Shown piece after piece: positions 34,520 to 49,809 of a stretch of DNA of 64,000 nucleotides. Numbering within the stretch: position 1 is the stretch's first letter; every line of letters begins with the position of its first letter. Position numbers and translations under genes: made by a program. The DNA comes from the human T2T-CHM13v2.0 reference genome, Homo sapiens: assembly GCF_009914755.1 (NCBI RefSeq), contig NC_060941.1; one strand, written 5' to 3'. A model generated the notes under the pieces. The model did not search any database and was not told where the DNA came from. It saw only the letters and a program-made list of their open reading frames with translations.

Positions 34520-35439
34520 TCTTGGGTGGCGCCTCTGCGCTGCAGTCCCGAGAGGAGCCCGCGAGGCCGCGGGAGGAATGCAGGGACCCTGGAGACCCAT
34601 CCTCCACCTGCGCTCTGCAAACTACTCCTTCTCCCCCAGGGTCCTGGCTCCTCCTCGCCATCTTCAGCTTCACCGTCTCTAGTCCCTTAACAGCCAGAGC
34701 ACCAGGCCCCGGCTGGGCCGTGTGTCCATGCCTCTGCCTCCAGGCGCATGGACACAACATTCCCTTCTGAAGCTGGCCTGCGCTGTGTATCACCCCCTAT
34801 CCCCCATCCCTCCATCTCAAAAAAGCCCTTCCCTGCCTTTGGCACGTGTCCCTCCCCCACGCCCACCCGCTCAAGTCCCTCTGTTAATAAACTGCTAACC
34901 CCAAAACCAGCCTTCCCTCCAGCTTGCCCGGCCCCGAGTCTGAGGGTCCCTGGAGCAGACACGCTCCACCCGCGGGGACCTCTCCCTCCTGTCAACTCCT
35001 GAGGAGCGGCAGCGGCTTCTGGGCTTCCCACGCGGGGTGTGACACCAACGGGGGACATAATACAAACGAACGAGGGTAAAGTCCGTGTGCACACCTGTGC
35101 ATGGCCACATGCGGATGTGCGTCCAGGCGTGCCTTGCAGGTGTGTGGGCAGTGACTGCGCCCACCCCTCTGTCGGGTCTCGCCACGCTTAGCTGGGTGGG
35201 CTCCTTCCAACCCAGGCTGGGGCTGAGCAGGAGGAAGCCGCGGCCTCGCCCCCAGAGGGCAGCACTGAGCTGTTCTGGCCCGACTGCTGCCAGACTCTAC
35301 CCGGAAAGGAGTCCTGAGTTTCCCCGTCCAGGGCCTGGGGGAAGGACTTCAAATCTGTAAAGGAAAGCAAGGAATCAAATCCCAAATCCAGGCTAGCGGT
35401 TACACTGCGGGCAGAGCGCGAGGCGCACATCGAAGCTAA

Positions 35440-35824
<385 letters not shown>

Positions 35825-36104
35825 TAAATCCTACACATATTTTGTAAATATTATTTTGAATCTATTCAGTATTACTCTTTTCAAAATAAAGGCCTCCGAG
35901 CCCTCTCTAGAATGTGGAAAGACCACTCATCGCTCAGTGGAGCAAAGTGAGCCTACAAGCTCCCCAGATCGCCCCCAGAACCCCCAGAATGCAGAGGGCT
36001 CTGAGTGTCTCTGGGGTTGCCTGTGGCTTTGGGGAAGGGGAGAGCCTGGACCCAGGCTTCTTTACCGCCCGGAGTCCCGGGTCAGCACTCCTGCAGGATA
36101 AGCC

Positions 36105-37020
36105 ACACATCGACACGCAGCTCACACACACACACACACACACTTCCAGATTCATACACAGGTGCATGCTCACAGGTTGACACACACATGCTCAAAGACT
36201 CATACACACACGTTCACACATAGCTCACATGCACATACACACACACATTGAGACTCTCAGACACACACAGACTGATACACGTACATTCACACACAGCTCA
36301 TACGAACATTTACACTCTCAAATTCACACACAGGCACATGCTCACAGGCTGACACACACACACTCAAAGACTCATATACACACATTCACACACAGTTCAC
36401 ATGCACACTCACACTCCCAGATTCACACACAGGCGCATGCTCACAGATCGATACACACACACTCAAAGACTCCTATATACACATTCACACATAGCTCACA
36501 GGCACATCCACACACACACATTGACACTCTCAGACATGCGCACACACAAAGACTCACACACACACGTTCACACACAGCTCACACACACACTCCCAGATTC
36601 ACACACAGGCGCATGCTCACAGATACACACTCAAAGACTCATATACACACATTCACACACACATTGACACTCTCAGACACGTGCACACACAAAGACTCAC
36701 ACACACGTTCACACACAGCTCATACACACACTCACACTCCCAGATTCACACACAGGCACATGCTCACAGGCTGACACACACTCAAAGACTCATACCCATT
36801 CACGTGCCGCTCACATGTACATTCACACACATACACTGACATTCCCAGACTCACACACACCAGCACATGCTCACAAACTTCCCCATACTCACAAACTTCC
36901 CCATACTCACACTCACACTCATAGACTCATGTCCACACTGTCACCCACTCATGGACACACGCGCAAACTTTCACATTCACACAACCTCTCACGGGTTCAC
37001 ACCTTACACACTCACACAAA
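36105..37020. repeat. Complex CA-rich array with higher-order units
   Basis: Recurring blocks ccagattcacacacagg..catgctcacag..ctcaaagactcat. Confidence 0.9.
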
Positions 37021-38347
37021 GACGCCATTGCCACTCTGGCCTGTTAATCTTACATCCTCATCAGGAAAGAGGAGGGGCTTGTATCCTCCCTGATTGCAAG
37101 AGAGATTTCTAGAATGTTCCCAGGAGACCCCAGTCCCAAGGTAGAGGGATATTCCTCCTGGACTGGAGGAAGCAGAATCGGGGCCAGGACTGGGCCTCAG
37201 AGGAACTCCCCGGGCTTCCTGTACCCACTCACTAGCTCATCCTCTCACTCCCCAGCCCATACGTGGGAGAGCCTGACCTGGGGACATGACAGGGGACACA
37301 CAGCAGGCCCTGATCCTGGGGAGCTCCTGGACCTCACGAGACACCGTGGAGACCTGTGCAGGCTGGCCTGTGGGAGTGCCCATGAGGGGTCCCTGACCCA
37401 GCCTCAAGGCAAGACAGGTGGGGAAAGGATCTGAGCAGGTCCAGCACAGCAGGAGACACAGGAGATGCCGGCCTTCCAGGCAGGGTGATGGGCACATGCC
37501 ATGGCAGGGGGCACCCTCAGGGAAGCATGAGATGTCCCAGGCCAGGGGAGCTGGCTGGAAAGGCAGGGGGTGGGGGCTGGGCCTGGCAAGGTGAGCAGGG
37601 GCCCACCTGGGAGAGGCCCACCTGGGAGAGGCCCTGCGTGCCACACGAGGGAGCGGGGCCTTGCTCCTGAAAGCCACAGGGAGCCCTGATTAACTGCACA
37701 GGACAGGAGAGGACACAGCTGCTCTGCAGAGGCACACAGCTTGTACCCAAAACCTGCAGGAGGGCAGGTGGTCCTCAGCCTCCATTCCAGGAGCAGAGCA
37801 GGCCCAGGAGCCCACCACTGGTCCAGGGAAACCCCCCACAGGTACAGCCACGTTCTTCCCTGATTCATCACAACGAGGCCCCTGTAAGTGACAGAGGGTC
37901 GGTCTGTGCAGACCTGGAAACACACGGCCCCAAGACCTGGGATCCTGAAGAAGCAGTGCCAGCTCCTCCCAGACAGCCCGCCCCAGCTGGCCCGCTGGCT
38001 CCAGCCCAGCCAGGAGCGAGGGCAGTGGGGGAGCCCCACAGCAGGGAACGGGGGCTCAGGAGGCCTGGTGGGGCAGAGCTGGGACAGCTGGGCGAAGGGG
38101 CTGGGTCCTGGCTCCGCGACGAGGGCCCATTCCTGGGTGAGGGAGGGTGGGGCAGCCCACACATTCCAGCTGCTGCCGCTCCCGCCAGCCAGTACCAGCC
38201 TGTTCTCGCCTGTTCCCACTAGGTCCCAGGCTGCCCTGGGCCCAGCTCCCAGTGCCAGCTCCCAGAATCCTTCAGGGTTCAGACTCTAACTACAGGGACG
38301 CCAGTGCGAATGTCCAGAAGACCACCCCACAGAAACAAGTGCCTCCC

Positions 38348-38770
38348 CCACCAACACACATGCACACACATACCCCACCAACACACACACACGCATGCAT
38401 GCACACACACTACCACCAACCAACACACATGCACACACACAAACACACACCCTACCAACACACACACACACACCACCAACACACGCATGCACACACACTA
38501 CCACCAACCAACACACATGCACACACATACACAGACACACACCCTACCAACACACATGCACACACATACACACACCCCACCAACACACACGCATGCACAC
38601 ACATACACACACATACACACACACTGCACACACACCCCAACACACATGCATGCACACACACATGAACCCCACCAACACACATGAACACACACTCACATCC
38701 CAGCAACACATGTCTGCACACATGCACACACACACGCCATCAACACACATGCACATACACACACACAAAG
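38348..38770. repeat. CA-rich array (ccaacacacatgcacacac-like units)
   Basis: Direct inspection. Confidence 0.9.
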
Positions 38771-39779
38771 CCATCCTCAACCACAGGACACAGACACAGA
38801 GCAGGGTTTTCAGGAGCTGAGGCACTTCCTTCCACTGCAGGCAGCACCCAGCCAGGACAAAGTTCTATCCTCTTGCCACAAGGCCCTGGACAGAGAAGCA
38901 GGGAAAGCAGCCAAGGTCCCCAGAGAGCCCCTGGAATGGGGCACCCCAGAGCCAGCCCCAGGGCTCAGCCAAAGAAAGCTGGGGAAGTGAGGAGCTGCCC
39001 CCAGAAAGAGGAGCCAAGGGTTCTCTGCCCCAGCCTGGGACACCTCAGCCAGGCTTGCCCACCACTGCTCTGCAAGGGGCTAGGTGGGGCCAGGGGGCTG
39101 CACCTGCTCTGGTCCCTGCCCCCCAACCCAGCTGCCTGGAGCTCAGCCTGCCGCCCTCACCGTGGAGGCTACGCTAGATGCCCAGGACCAGTGTCCCACC
39201 CCATCCCTCAGCCTCTGCTCCCACAGCCCTGCTGTCACCCTTCCTGTCCTCCCTGCAGGACAGAATTCCCACGCCCACCCTGGGCCCAGGGCCAGGAACT
39301 GCTGGTTCCCACCAAGGCTTGGGAAGTGATTTCTGCAGACCAAGCCACCCTGGGCCCACCCTGGGCCCATCACAGGTTCCCAGGAAACAGCTTGGCCCTA
39401 CCTGCTGCGAGGCATGACAGAGGGGACCAGCCCTGGGCTGTGCTCAGAAATGCTGAGGCCTCAGAACTGGGCAACAGGGAGGCAAGGAGGTCCCCCATGG
39501 GTGGTTGTTGGTGTGATTGAAATGCTGGCTCTACCAGTAGCCCTCCAGGAAGAGGCTAAACAGTGAGCAAGGTCCCCAAATCCCAAACTTGAAGTTTCCT
39601 TCCCCAATCACCATCCAGGGGCCCTGCCAGACTCACAGAGAGTGATGGAGAAGCTACAGCGCTAAGTTGGGGGGTCCTGTGGTGGAGAAGATGCAGGTCC
39701 CAGCACAGCTCATCTCAGCTCCCAACACACATCCTCAGTCTCATGGTCACATTCCATCCACCAAGAACCCAGGGACATT

Positions 39780-39945
39780 CAGCTAGGCTTGGTGGTGTGC
39801 ACCTGTGATCCCAGCTACTCAGGAGGCTGGGGTGGGAGAATCGCTTGAGCCCAGGAGATCAAGCCTGCACGAGCTGTGATGGCGTCACTGCACTCCAGCC
39901 TGGGCGACAGAGTGAGGCCCTATCTCAAAAATAACAAAAAAAAAT
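39780..39945 (+). mobile_element. Alu right monomer (old, J/FRAM-like)
   Basis: Right-arm sequence with A tail only. Confidence 0.8.
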
Positions 39946-41200
39946 TTTAATTAAGTGAAAAACAAAAAGCGCCCAGGGACATTGGGAAAGGGAGTTCCTA
40001 CCCCCACTTTCCAGGAAAGAAAACAGAGGCCCAAAGAGAGGAAGTGGATTGTGGGAAGAATTTCACTGCAGTAAGTGGTGAGGACTGACCTTGGCCAACC
40101 CCATATAGACCCCTTCCAGACCCAGGTGCCAGTGCAGACAGCCCAGCTGGGGTGTGGGGGACACAGGGTCAAGTGGCAAGGTGTCAGCAGCAGTCCCCAG
40201 AGATGGGCACCCCATGGGCACAAGTCCGCACTCACAGCCTCTACTCCAGGGCCCCATCTGGCACAGAGCTCCAAGCTGCTTAGGACAAAGGCATCCCTTA
40301 GAGGCTGGAGGCAGCAAACAGAACGTGTCCCTCTGCTGCTTCCTGGCCACTGCGGGGCCCTCACCACCACCTCAGCTCTCAGAACATCCTTCATTCTGCC
40401 CCCAGCATCTACTGAGCAATGACCAAGACCAAAGCTCCAAACCACAGACTGCCTGGGGCCTCGGCCTCCAGCTCTCCAACTGCAGAGGCAAGAGCAGAGT
40501 GTGAGGAGGGGGTGAGGAGTGGGCACCCCAATTGCCCTGGCCACTGTGGGAGCTTGGGCTCTAGCAGGCTGATCTCCCCCAGTCTGCACCCCACCCAGCA
40601 AGGACATGCAAGCCAAGCAGTTCCCACACCCCGTTCCTGGTGGCTGCCAGAAGCTTCCTTACAAGGCCCCAGCGCTGAGCTGGCTCAGCTGCAGGCGGGG
40701 GCCTGGGTGGGGCACAGCACACCTGGCTCAGCCAAGCCCAGACGCACCCTGCAAGTGAGGAATGCGGACGCCGCCCGGGCTGGCCCTGGGAAAGCTGCTG
40801 CCCTCGGCTCCTGCCCAGCCCTGACTCAGCCTAGGTGGGCCAGGGAAGCTGCAGCCTCAGCAGAACCAAGTCTCCCACCCCACCCTCCCCGCTGGCCTGC
40901 CTGGGATTGAACCAGGGGACAGGTCCTGGCAGGGGACTGAGAGTAGAGACAGCACCCCCTGGCCTCAGGACTTGGGGGAACAGCAGGGACTCTGTGGGAC
41001 CTGCCCTTCTCCTGCACTGTCTGGAGGGTGCCAGCACAGCTCTGTCCGGGGGGGCTGCCCACAGCACATTTTCCCAGATGCCTGAGCCTCAGTTTCCTCA
41101 TCCGTAAAAGGGGGCTAGTGACATTCCTGCCCACAGTGCAGGGCTGCAGTGGTGGAGGAGGTTCCCGGGAAGCATTTGAGAAGCAAACAGACCTCTTCCT

Positions 41201-41316
41201 AAGAAACAGAAGCGTCTGCCTAGCCCCATGAGGCCAGGTGATCCCGTGCTCCATGCAGAAGAAACAGAAGCGTCTGCCCAGCCCCGTGAGGCCGGGTGGT
41301 CCCGTGCTCCATGCAG
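41201..41316. repeat. 58-bp tandem duplication
   Basis: aagaaacagaagcgtctgcc...cccgtgctccatgcag at 41201 and 41259. Confidence 0.92.
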
Positions 41317-43291
41317 AGCAGGGTGACTCCATCATCCTCTGTCCCTGGCCCCAATACGGTTATTCCAAACTCCCCAGGACAAGGGCTGTGTCTCCCCCTC
41401 CGACTAGGCGGTCCCTGAAGGCTCGGGGCATGTCTCCCCTCAGACAAGAGGCTTCCCAGGGACAGAAACTCCATCCTCCTTGCTCCATCGCCCCACAGTC
41501 CCATGCCCTGCACTGCGGAAACCACAGGCCAGTGAAGGCCAGAAAAACTGCCCGTCCCCTCCTGGCGCCACCTTACCCCAGCCTCCCCAGGCCCTGACAT
41601 CCACCTCCTTGCCCACCCAGCCAGCCCCCAAACGCGACGCTGGAGTGCCTCACGGTGCCCACCCAGACCCTGGGGATCAGGAGGCAGAGCCCCCCAGGTC
41701 TGGCGCTGGTAGAATCTCCCATCCCTCCCTGCCTGCAAAGAAAGGGCCCACTGGCCTCCCTCCCTGAGCCCTCCCACAGCTGGGCTGGCCAGAGAGAACT
41801 TTCTCCCTCTGCTCTCTTTCTCTGCTGTAGTTCAAGCACAGACCCTCTCACCCCAGCCAGCCCTTCTCCACCTTCCAGGCGCACAGTCTTAGGGGTGGAG
41901 CAGAGGCTGAGGTTGGGGGCCTCACAGTCAAAGGTGCTGAGACAACAGCCCCGCTGCCCTGTGCTCACTCAGAAGCTCCTGGGGAACTGGAGTGGAGGGG
42001 AAGGGTCCCCAAGCCCACAGGTTCTGGCTGCCCCTGCCACGTCCCCTCCCCCAGCCAGGCTTCTCCCAACTGCGGCAGGGCGTGTGGGCTCAGGTTGGGG
42101 TGCAGCGTTGGCAGGACAAACAGTCTCCAGTGTTGGGTGTTTGCCTCGGTTACCAAGGAGGGAGGTGAGGGGCCTGGCTCCCTGCCATGTTTGGGCCCCG
42201 GGCTGAAGGTGTGGGTGGCAGGGAAGGTGGAGGATTTGAGGTGGGGAGGCTCACTTCCCGCTCCCAGGGCTCGAGGGCAGGGCAAGCCAGCTGGGACTGC
42301 CAGATCCCTGGGCGGATTCAGACCTGCATCGGCCCTGCCTTTCTGCTGGCTCTGGGAAACTCAGTCAGGCAGGAGGAGACGCTGGGGGCGGGGCAGCCTC
42401 CCTTGCTGCTCAAAGCAGGGCTGTGGGCTGGAGGCTGGGCCCCGGCAAGTCAGGTACTGCCGTGGGTGTCCCAACCTTCCGGGACTGACGGCACCACGGC
42501 CTAACTCAGGCCACCCGGGAGAGAGGCCTAGGAGCCCAGCTCTGGGCCCATGAATTTGGACAAGTCACCGCCCCTCTCTGGGCCCCAGTTTCCCCACCTA
42601 TATAGTGTCAGGAGCTGGCCTGTGTAGTCCCACAGGGGCCTCCTTTGTTTTGTCCTCCCTGTCATGAGCTGGGCAGGTGGATGCTGAGGGGTTGAGGAGT
42701 TGGGCACTGAGCCGGGAGTTGTGACCCGGCCTTGAAGCCCTGGCTGGAAGGGCTCAGTACACATCCAGGCGGCCCTACTGCCCTGTCTGAGGCTGGCATG
42801 CAGTGAGTGCCCGGCTGAGTGCAGGAGCCCAGGGCTGTGGTCAGGAATGGCCGGGCCCTTTCTCCCTCTCTCAGCAATGATGAGAGCCACAGCCCAAGGA
42901 ATCCCCTGCTGCCTCCTGCTCCCAGGTCTCCATCGCAGCCTCAGCATGACCGGCTCTGAGCAGGAAGTAGGGGAAGCAGGACAGAGGCTGGCCTGGCAGT
43001 CAGAGAGTGCACAGCCTGGCTCAGGAGGCTGGCAGGTCATCAGGGGCATAGAGCTGGCCCTCGTTGATGGGGCAGGGATGGCTTGGGGAGGGTGGAGACG
43101 CCGAGGCTTGAATTAGGGGGTGGGGGGTGCAGGTAGGGAAGAAAGGAAGAGGACTTGAGATTGTGACCAGGCAGTGCCACAAGGAACACAGGAGTGTGGG
43201 CCTTCCATGGGGAGGGAGGAAGGTGAGGCCAAAAGATGGCGGGGCAGGGGAAGGGACCACTTGCCTTGCAGCCCGGCCAGAGAGAGCGAGA

Positions 43292-44285
43292 ATGAGCAGT
43301 TCCCACACCATGAAGACCTTTGCCCTGGCCCTGCTGGTGGCCCTGCTGTGCACAGAGAGACCCCAAGGTCTATGCTGCCACCAGTGCTTGGTGGCCCCAG
43401 CCTGGCACAGGCATGCCTGCCCCGCTGCCACATGCCCCTTCCCTGACAGGGTCTGCGTCTCGGGATATGAGAGACACAGGGAGTCTGGGTCCCTGTGGCA
43501 TCTGGGAAAGTGAGAGTGGGGAACAGGCTCTGCCTCCTTTCCCTCCTGCCCCAAGAATGATACCATCATTTGGAATGTGGAGGTTCTGGACACCTCTATG
43601 AGTTCCAAGCTTTCTTGTTGCAAGAGAGGCCTCTGTAATGCGGGGGTCCTGGTGGCAGGCAGCACCTGGGCCCTTCCTTGGGACTCCTGCTCAGCCTGGG
43701 TCAGTTCCCCTCTGGGCCCTGCTGTGATGGCCTTTCCTGTCCCCCTTACCCCATGGCCCCCTCCTCTGTCCCCATGCATAGTGTCCTCCTCAGTTTGGGA
43801 CCACTTCGGCACTGACCCTCGGGAATTCCAGTGTGGTTTTGCAGCCGCGCGTTCAGGGGAAGGATGTGGTGGGGCAGAGGCGGGGGCTTCCCTGTCAGGG
43901 GACTCTGGCACCGGGCGGGTCCCTGCGGCAGACTTGGAATCCCTGCTTGGACTCATCCTGTTACCTGGGCCCAGGGCCTTCAAACCCACATTCCCTACAT
44001 CGCCACCTCCTTAAACCACCCGGCCTCAGAGCCAGGGGCCTTGCCATTTGCTGTTCTGAACCTGGAACCACAGGAAGAACACAGGCCAGGGGCAGGAGTC
44101 CAGGGTTCCGTCCTACCCAGCCATTAACTTAACACGGAGCCAGGGCCACACAACGCACCACTCCGGACCACCTCTGTTCAAGCAAGGAAGAAACCCAGGG
44201 CTCTGGAGCCCCTCAGGCCTCCCACACAGGGCGAGAGCTCCCCTGTCTCAAGGTCAATAAACACCCCTCTGCTTACTCAAAAAAA
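43292..44285 (+). pseudogene. Processed pseudogene of a Ly6/uPAR-family GPI-anchored protein (Ly6a/Sca-1- or LY6S-like)
   Basis: ATG at 43292: MSSSHTMKTFALALLVALLCTERPQG LCCHQC...ACPAATCPFPDRVCVS, then shifted-frame GKVRVGNRLCL, then PSCPKNDTIIWNVEVLDTSMSSKLSCCKRGLCNAGVLVAGSTWAL, then frameshifted GLLLSLG / SVPLWALL* (TGA 43725-43727). CCxxxLCN motif, no introns, AATAAA at 44256-44261, A7 at 44279-44285. Confidence 0.88.
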
Positions 44286-47200
44286 GACAGAGAGAGAGAG
44301 AGAGAGAGACAGCAGGGTCCAGTCTCTGAGGGCCTTGCGACCAGGCTGAGACATGGAATGGGGGCCAGTGAAGGGCGAAGGAAAGGACTGAACCCCAGCA
44401 GGAGCGACTCAGCACCCCACACACAGACACGGTCTCTGGGCCCTGACCACGGCTCCGGACACCCCCAGGAAATGCTGAGACCTAGATCTCTGCTTTGTGT
44501 GCTTTGGATAAGCGCATGAGCTAATGCCAGTCTGATCCAGACCTGCCCTCCGAAGCTGCAAGGTGGCAAAACAGAAGAGGCCTGCCCACACAGGTGCACC
44601 AGCCACCAGAGGACTGGGTGTGGGGCTGGGTGGCCAGCAGCTGAGGGTCCTAGGCAGGGCAGCAGGAGGGTCGGCCCTGGGGCAGGGAGAACCGAGGGCC
44701 CCTTCCCCCGCTACTGTGCCACTTGCCGCCTGCAAACAGGGAATCCCAGGAGGCCGGATCTTCTCGCTTTGCACCCAGGAAGCTAGAACTCTGGATTTGT
44801 ATGGGAAGCCTCCTGATGCTTCATATTTGGAAACTAATTCCAAAATAACACCCTGTGCAGGCCAAAGAAAGCAAGGCATTCAGCCAGCCTTGGAGCTCAT
44901 GTGGGCTGAAGGACAATCTCACTCAGGACCCCCTTTACAAAAAAGTAAAGTGAGGCCCAGGAGGGATGGGCTTGCAGCCAGTTAGGATCAAGTTGGGCCG
45001 AAACTCAGGCCCTGACTTTCCTGTGCTCTCCCCAACAAGGTTCCCACCCCCTCACCTGCTCCACCGTGCAGACCCCAGCCCAGCTGAAGAGCGCCCTCAC
45101 GAACCCCACACACACCCAGCAGGCTTTTGCTCTGCACACGCCTGGGTGCCGAGGTCTCCCATACCCTCTGACTGATCTGACCTGGCAGCTGCCTGAATTG
45201 TTTTCCCCATTTTACAGAAAAGGGAAATTGAGGCCAGAGAGGCAGGCCATTGCCCAGAGTCCTCCTCTGCCAAGTTCTAGACAGTGGGGAGGGGGCTGTG
45301 TGCCCGCTTACAGGTCTCTGTAACTCAGGTGGCAGGGAGGCCCCAACTTGCAGGGCAGGGAGGGGCTGGCAGGGATGAGGCAGGGCCAGGCCAGGCAGGC
45401 CCAGAGCCACTCAGCATGCAGGCCCAGTCCAGAGAAGCCAGGCCTCTGCCTCCCCCTCCCCAAGCCTGAAGAGGAACTCAGCAGGGACCCAGATGGCCTC
45501 AAGGCCGGGGATGAACCACAGACAAGAGGAGGTGCCACCCGGGCTAGAGAGAACCAGGGGAGGGCAGGGCACTGAGGACCACACGGTGGCCGTGCCCCAC
45601 ACCCACTCCCACCCAGGGACCCTTGAGTCCCACTTCTAGCCCTGGGCCACAGCAAGGGCATTGTAATGCTGGCCTTTTGTGTGCTTGGGGGTGGCGGTAG
45701 TAAGGAGAAATGCCCCCTCCAGGTGGTCAGTGCCCCAGGCCTCCTGGAGCACCCCAGAGATGGTGAGGTCGAACCCATGGGTTCAGCACCTGCCCTGTGC
45801 CAGGTCCCATGTCAGGGGGACACAAGAATTAATAGGACGTGACACAAGAATGAACAGGACCTGGTTCTGCCCCGGGTGGCTCACAGTCCAGGGGGAGAGG
45901 AGAGTGAATAAATAAAACTCAGTCGAGTTGAAATTGACCAGGGCCTTCACCGCAGACGGTGGGCAGGGGGAAGAGAGGCACCCTGGGGAGGGCTCCCAGC
46001 TGTGGAATAGGCATGGGACTCTTCCTGGAAGTTAGTTCTGGTCTTTTTCCATTTTTTATGCAGAAAAATGCACATATAATTGCTGTACAACTCAGTGAAT
46101 TTTCACAGACTGAACCCAACTGTGTAACCAGCACCCAGATCACAGCACCCAGATCACAAGGTTGTCACAGGGACACAGGGGAAAGGGCATTCCAGGAAAG
46201 GGCCACTGAGGAGCGAAGGCAGGGAGGTGGGAACTGCCCAGCCCCAGCAGGTACCCAGAGCCAGGAGGATCCAGCAGGCCTCTCTCCTCACCCAAAGAGG
46301 ATGGGTACTCAAACTCCAGACCTGCTCCAAGAAACATATCTGCAGCCCTAAAGCCCCCAACGCCCCCAACCCGCTGTCCTGTCCACCTTCTCCGCTCCAC
46401 AATCCAGCCTGCGCCTCGTACTGCACCAGAGAGATATGCTAACCACATGCAAAGGTATGCAAATGAACACAGACTCCCTGAGTCAACTTGGGCAGTAGCC
46501 AGAGTGAGTGAAGAACCAGACCTCCAAACAGGTGACTAGACCGGCCCCTGCCCCTGGCCCCATTCCTCCCACCAGCTCCTGAGCACCACAGCCCTGCACC
46601 CCCACACCCTCAACCCAAAGCTCTGACCACCTGCCCTTCCCTTCATCTATTCATTTAACTTTGATTCTCAGGGAGCCAAGGGCCAGTCCGCAAAGTGAGC
46701 ACCAGAGAGCTGAGCACCTGCCCACCAGGAGCTCACAGTGAGCAGGGAAGGGGAGGGGATGCAGACACGGCCACCAATTCCCAGGAAGAGCCTGCCTCAG
46801 GACAGAGCTTCCAAGCCTCAGAACAGCAGGTGCTGACTCAGTAGTGTGGGATCTGGCCCAACACTCTGCATTTCCCACCAGCTCCCAGCGGACGCCAAGG
46901 CTGCGGGTCCCAGGCCACACCCAGATTAGCCAGGAGTAAAGGAGGTGTGAGAAACATGGCCCTAGGAACACGAAGGGCTGGGGGACAGGCAGGGCAGGAG
47001 AGTGGCTAAGAGATGTGCCTGGATTCAGGTCCCAGCTCTGCCTCCTGCCCATCGTGGCCGTGTTGCTTCCCATCCCCCAGCCTCAGAGCCCTCAGCCCTA
47101 AGGTACCCCCTGTAACAACTGCCCCCACGTCACCAGGTCCCAGAGGCTTCAGTGAGACCAACTGGCCTAGGGCCCCTGTGGCACCTGACACCCTGCAAGC

Positions 47201-47709
47201 ACTTGGTAATCGGGAGATTATTTTTAAGTCAGGGTCGACTGGGAAGAGGCACAAGGGACGTGTTTGGGGTGAAGGGAATGTTCTCTGTCTTGATTATGGT
47301 GGTGGTCTCTTGGAAGATGTCAAGGACAGGGGATTCACCAGGAGGAGGGACTGCAAGAGCAGAGGCCTGCAGGTGTGGACATGCAGCCAGGGAGGACAGA
47401 TGACAGCTAACCTTCACTGAGTGCTTTCTACAAAGTGGAAGACAGCCAGGGGCCACAGTCGGAAGGACAGAGTCCCACCCCCCACCCCCCACCCCCACTC
47501 CAGGGGTGGCAGGAGGGTGGAGCCATGGAGCCTGGCTGTGAGCTCCTGGGTGGGCTGGCAACACCTGCCATGAATTGGGCACCTATTAGCAGTCAGGCAC
47601 TGGTGTGAGACTTTACCTAGTCAGAGCCCGCCTGTCTGTCTTGTGTGGCCCCAAGAGCTAAGAATGATTTTCACATTTTTAGGTAGTTCTTTTAAAAATC
47701 AAAAGAACA

Positions 47710-48961
<1,252 letters not shown>

Positions 48962-49259
48962 CGTTTTGTGACATCTGAACAGCCACCCCCACGCACCCAC
49001 GGGTTGTCCCACACCACAAGGGCAGCGTTGAGTGGCTGCGATAGAGGCCTTACAGACCTTCAGTTTTTCTATAAATCCCATGAAGTAGGGGTCAAGTCCC
49101 CACTGTACAAAGAAGAGTAAAGGGGCCACCCAGCCTTCCTTCCCTGCTGCTGTTAGGACCTCCTCCTCCACCCACTCCTGGTGGGACAGACCCAGCGCCC
49201 CTTAGCCCAGCAGGTACTCCTGGCCCACCTCTGCTGCACCCGCTCACCTGGCGGAGCAG

Positions 49260-49340
49260 CAGCGCCCCCTGCCGGTGGTCCGGGGCTGGCCGGCGCGCCC
49301 TAAGGCCGGACTCTTAGCTTCTGCCACCACCTGGTGGCCA
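49260..49340 (-). promoter_or_regulatory. Cluster of CTCF-like motifs in a CpG-rich patch
   Basis: Minus strand CCACCGGCAGGGGGCGCTG (49279-49260) and TGGCCACCAGGTGGTGGCA (49340-49322). Confidence 0.7.
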
Positions 49341-49481
49341 TTTCTGGAAGCGCAGCTGGGAGCCCAGATCCGGTGAGCAAAAGCTCTCGTGGGTTCCAAG
49401 AGAGGCCCTGCTGGTCCAGCCAGGTGTGGCAACGACCAGCGCGCAAAGTATTCCAGGCAGGGCTTGACGCCTCCAAGCTAG

Positions 49482-49809
<328 letters not shown>

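Noticed and set aside
36229-38825. His/Thr-rich and Cys/Val-rich ORFs
   Set aside because: CA-repeat artefacts.
43021-43989. 322-aa minus-strand ORF
   Set aside because: An antisense shadow of the GC-rich Ly6 retrocopy with no recognisable domain.
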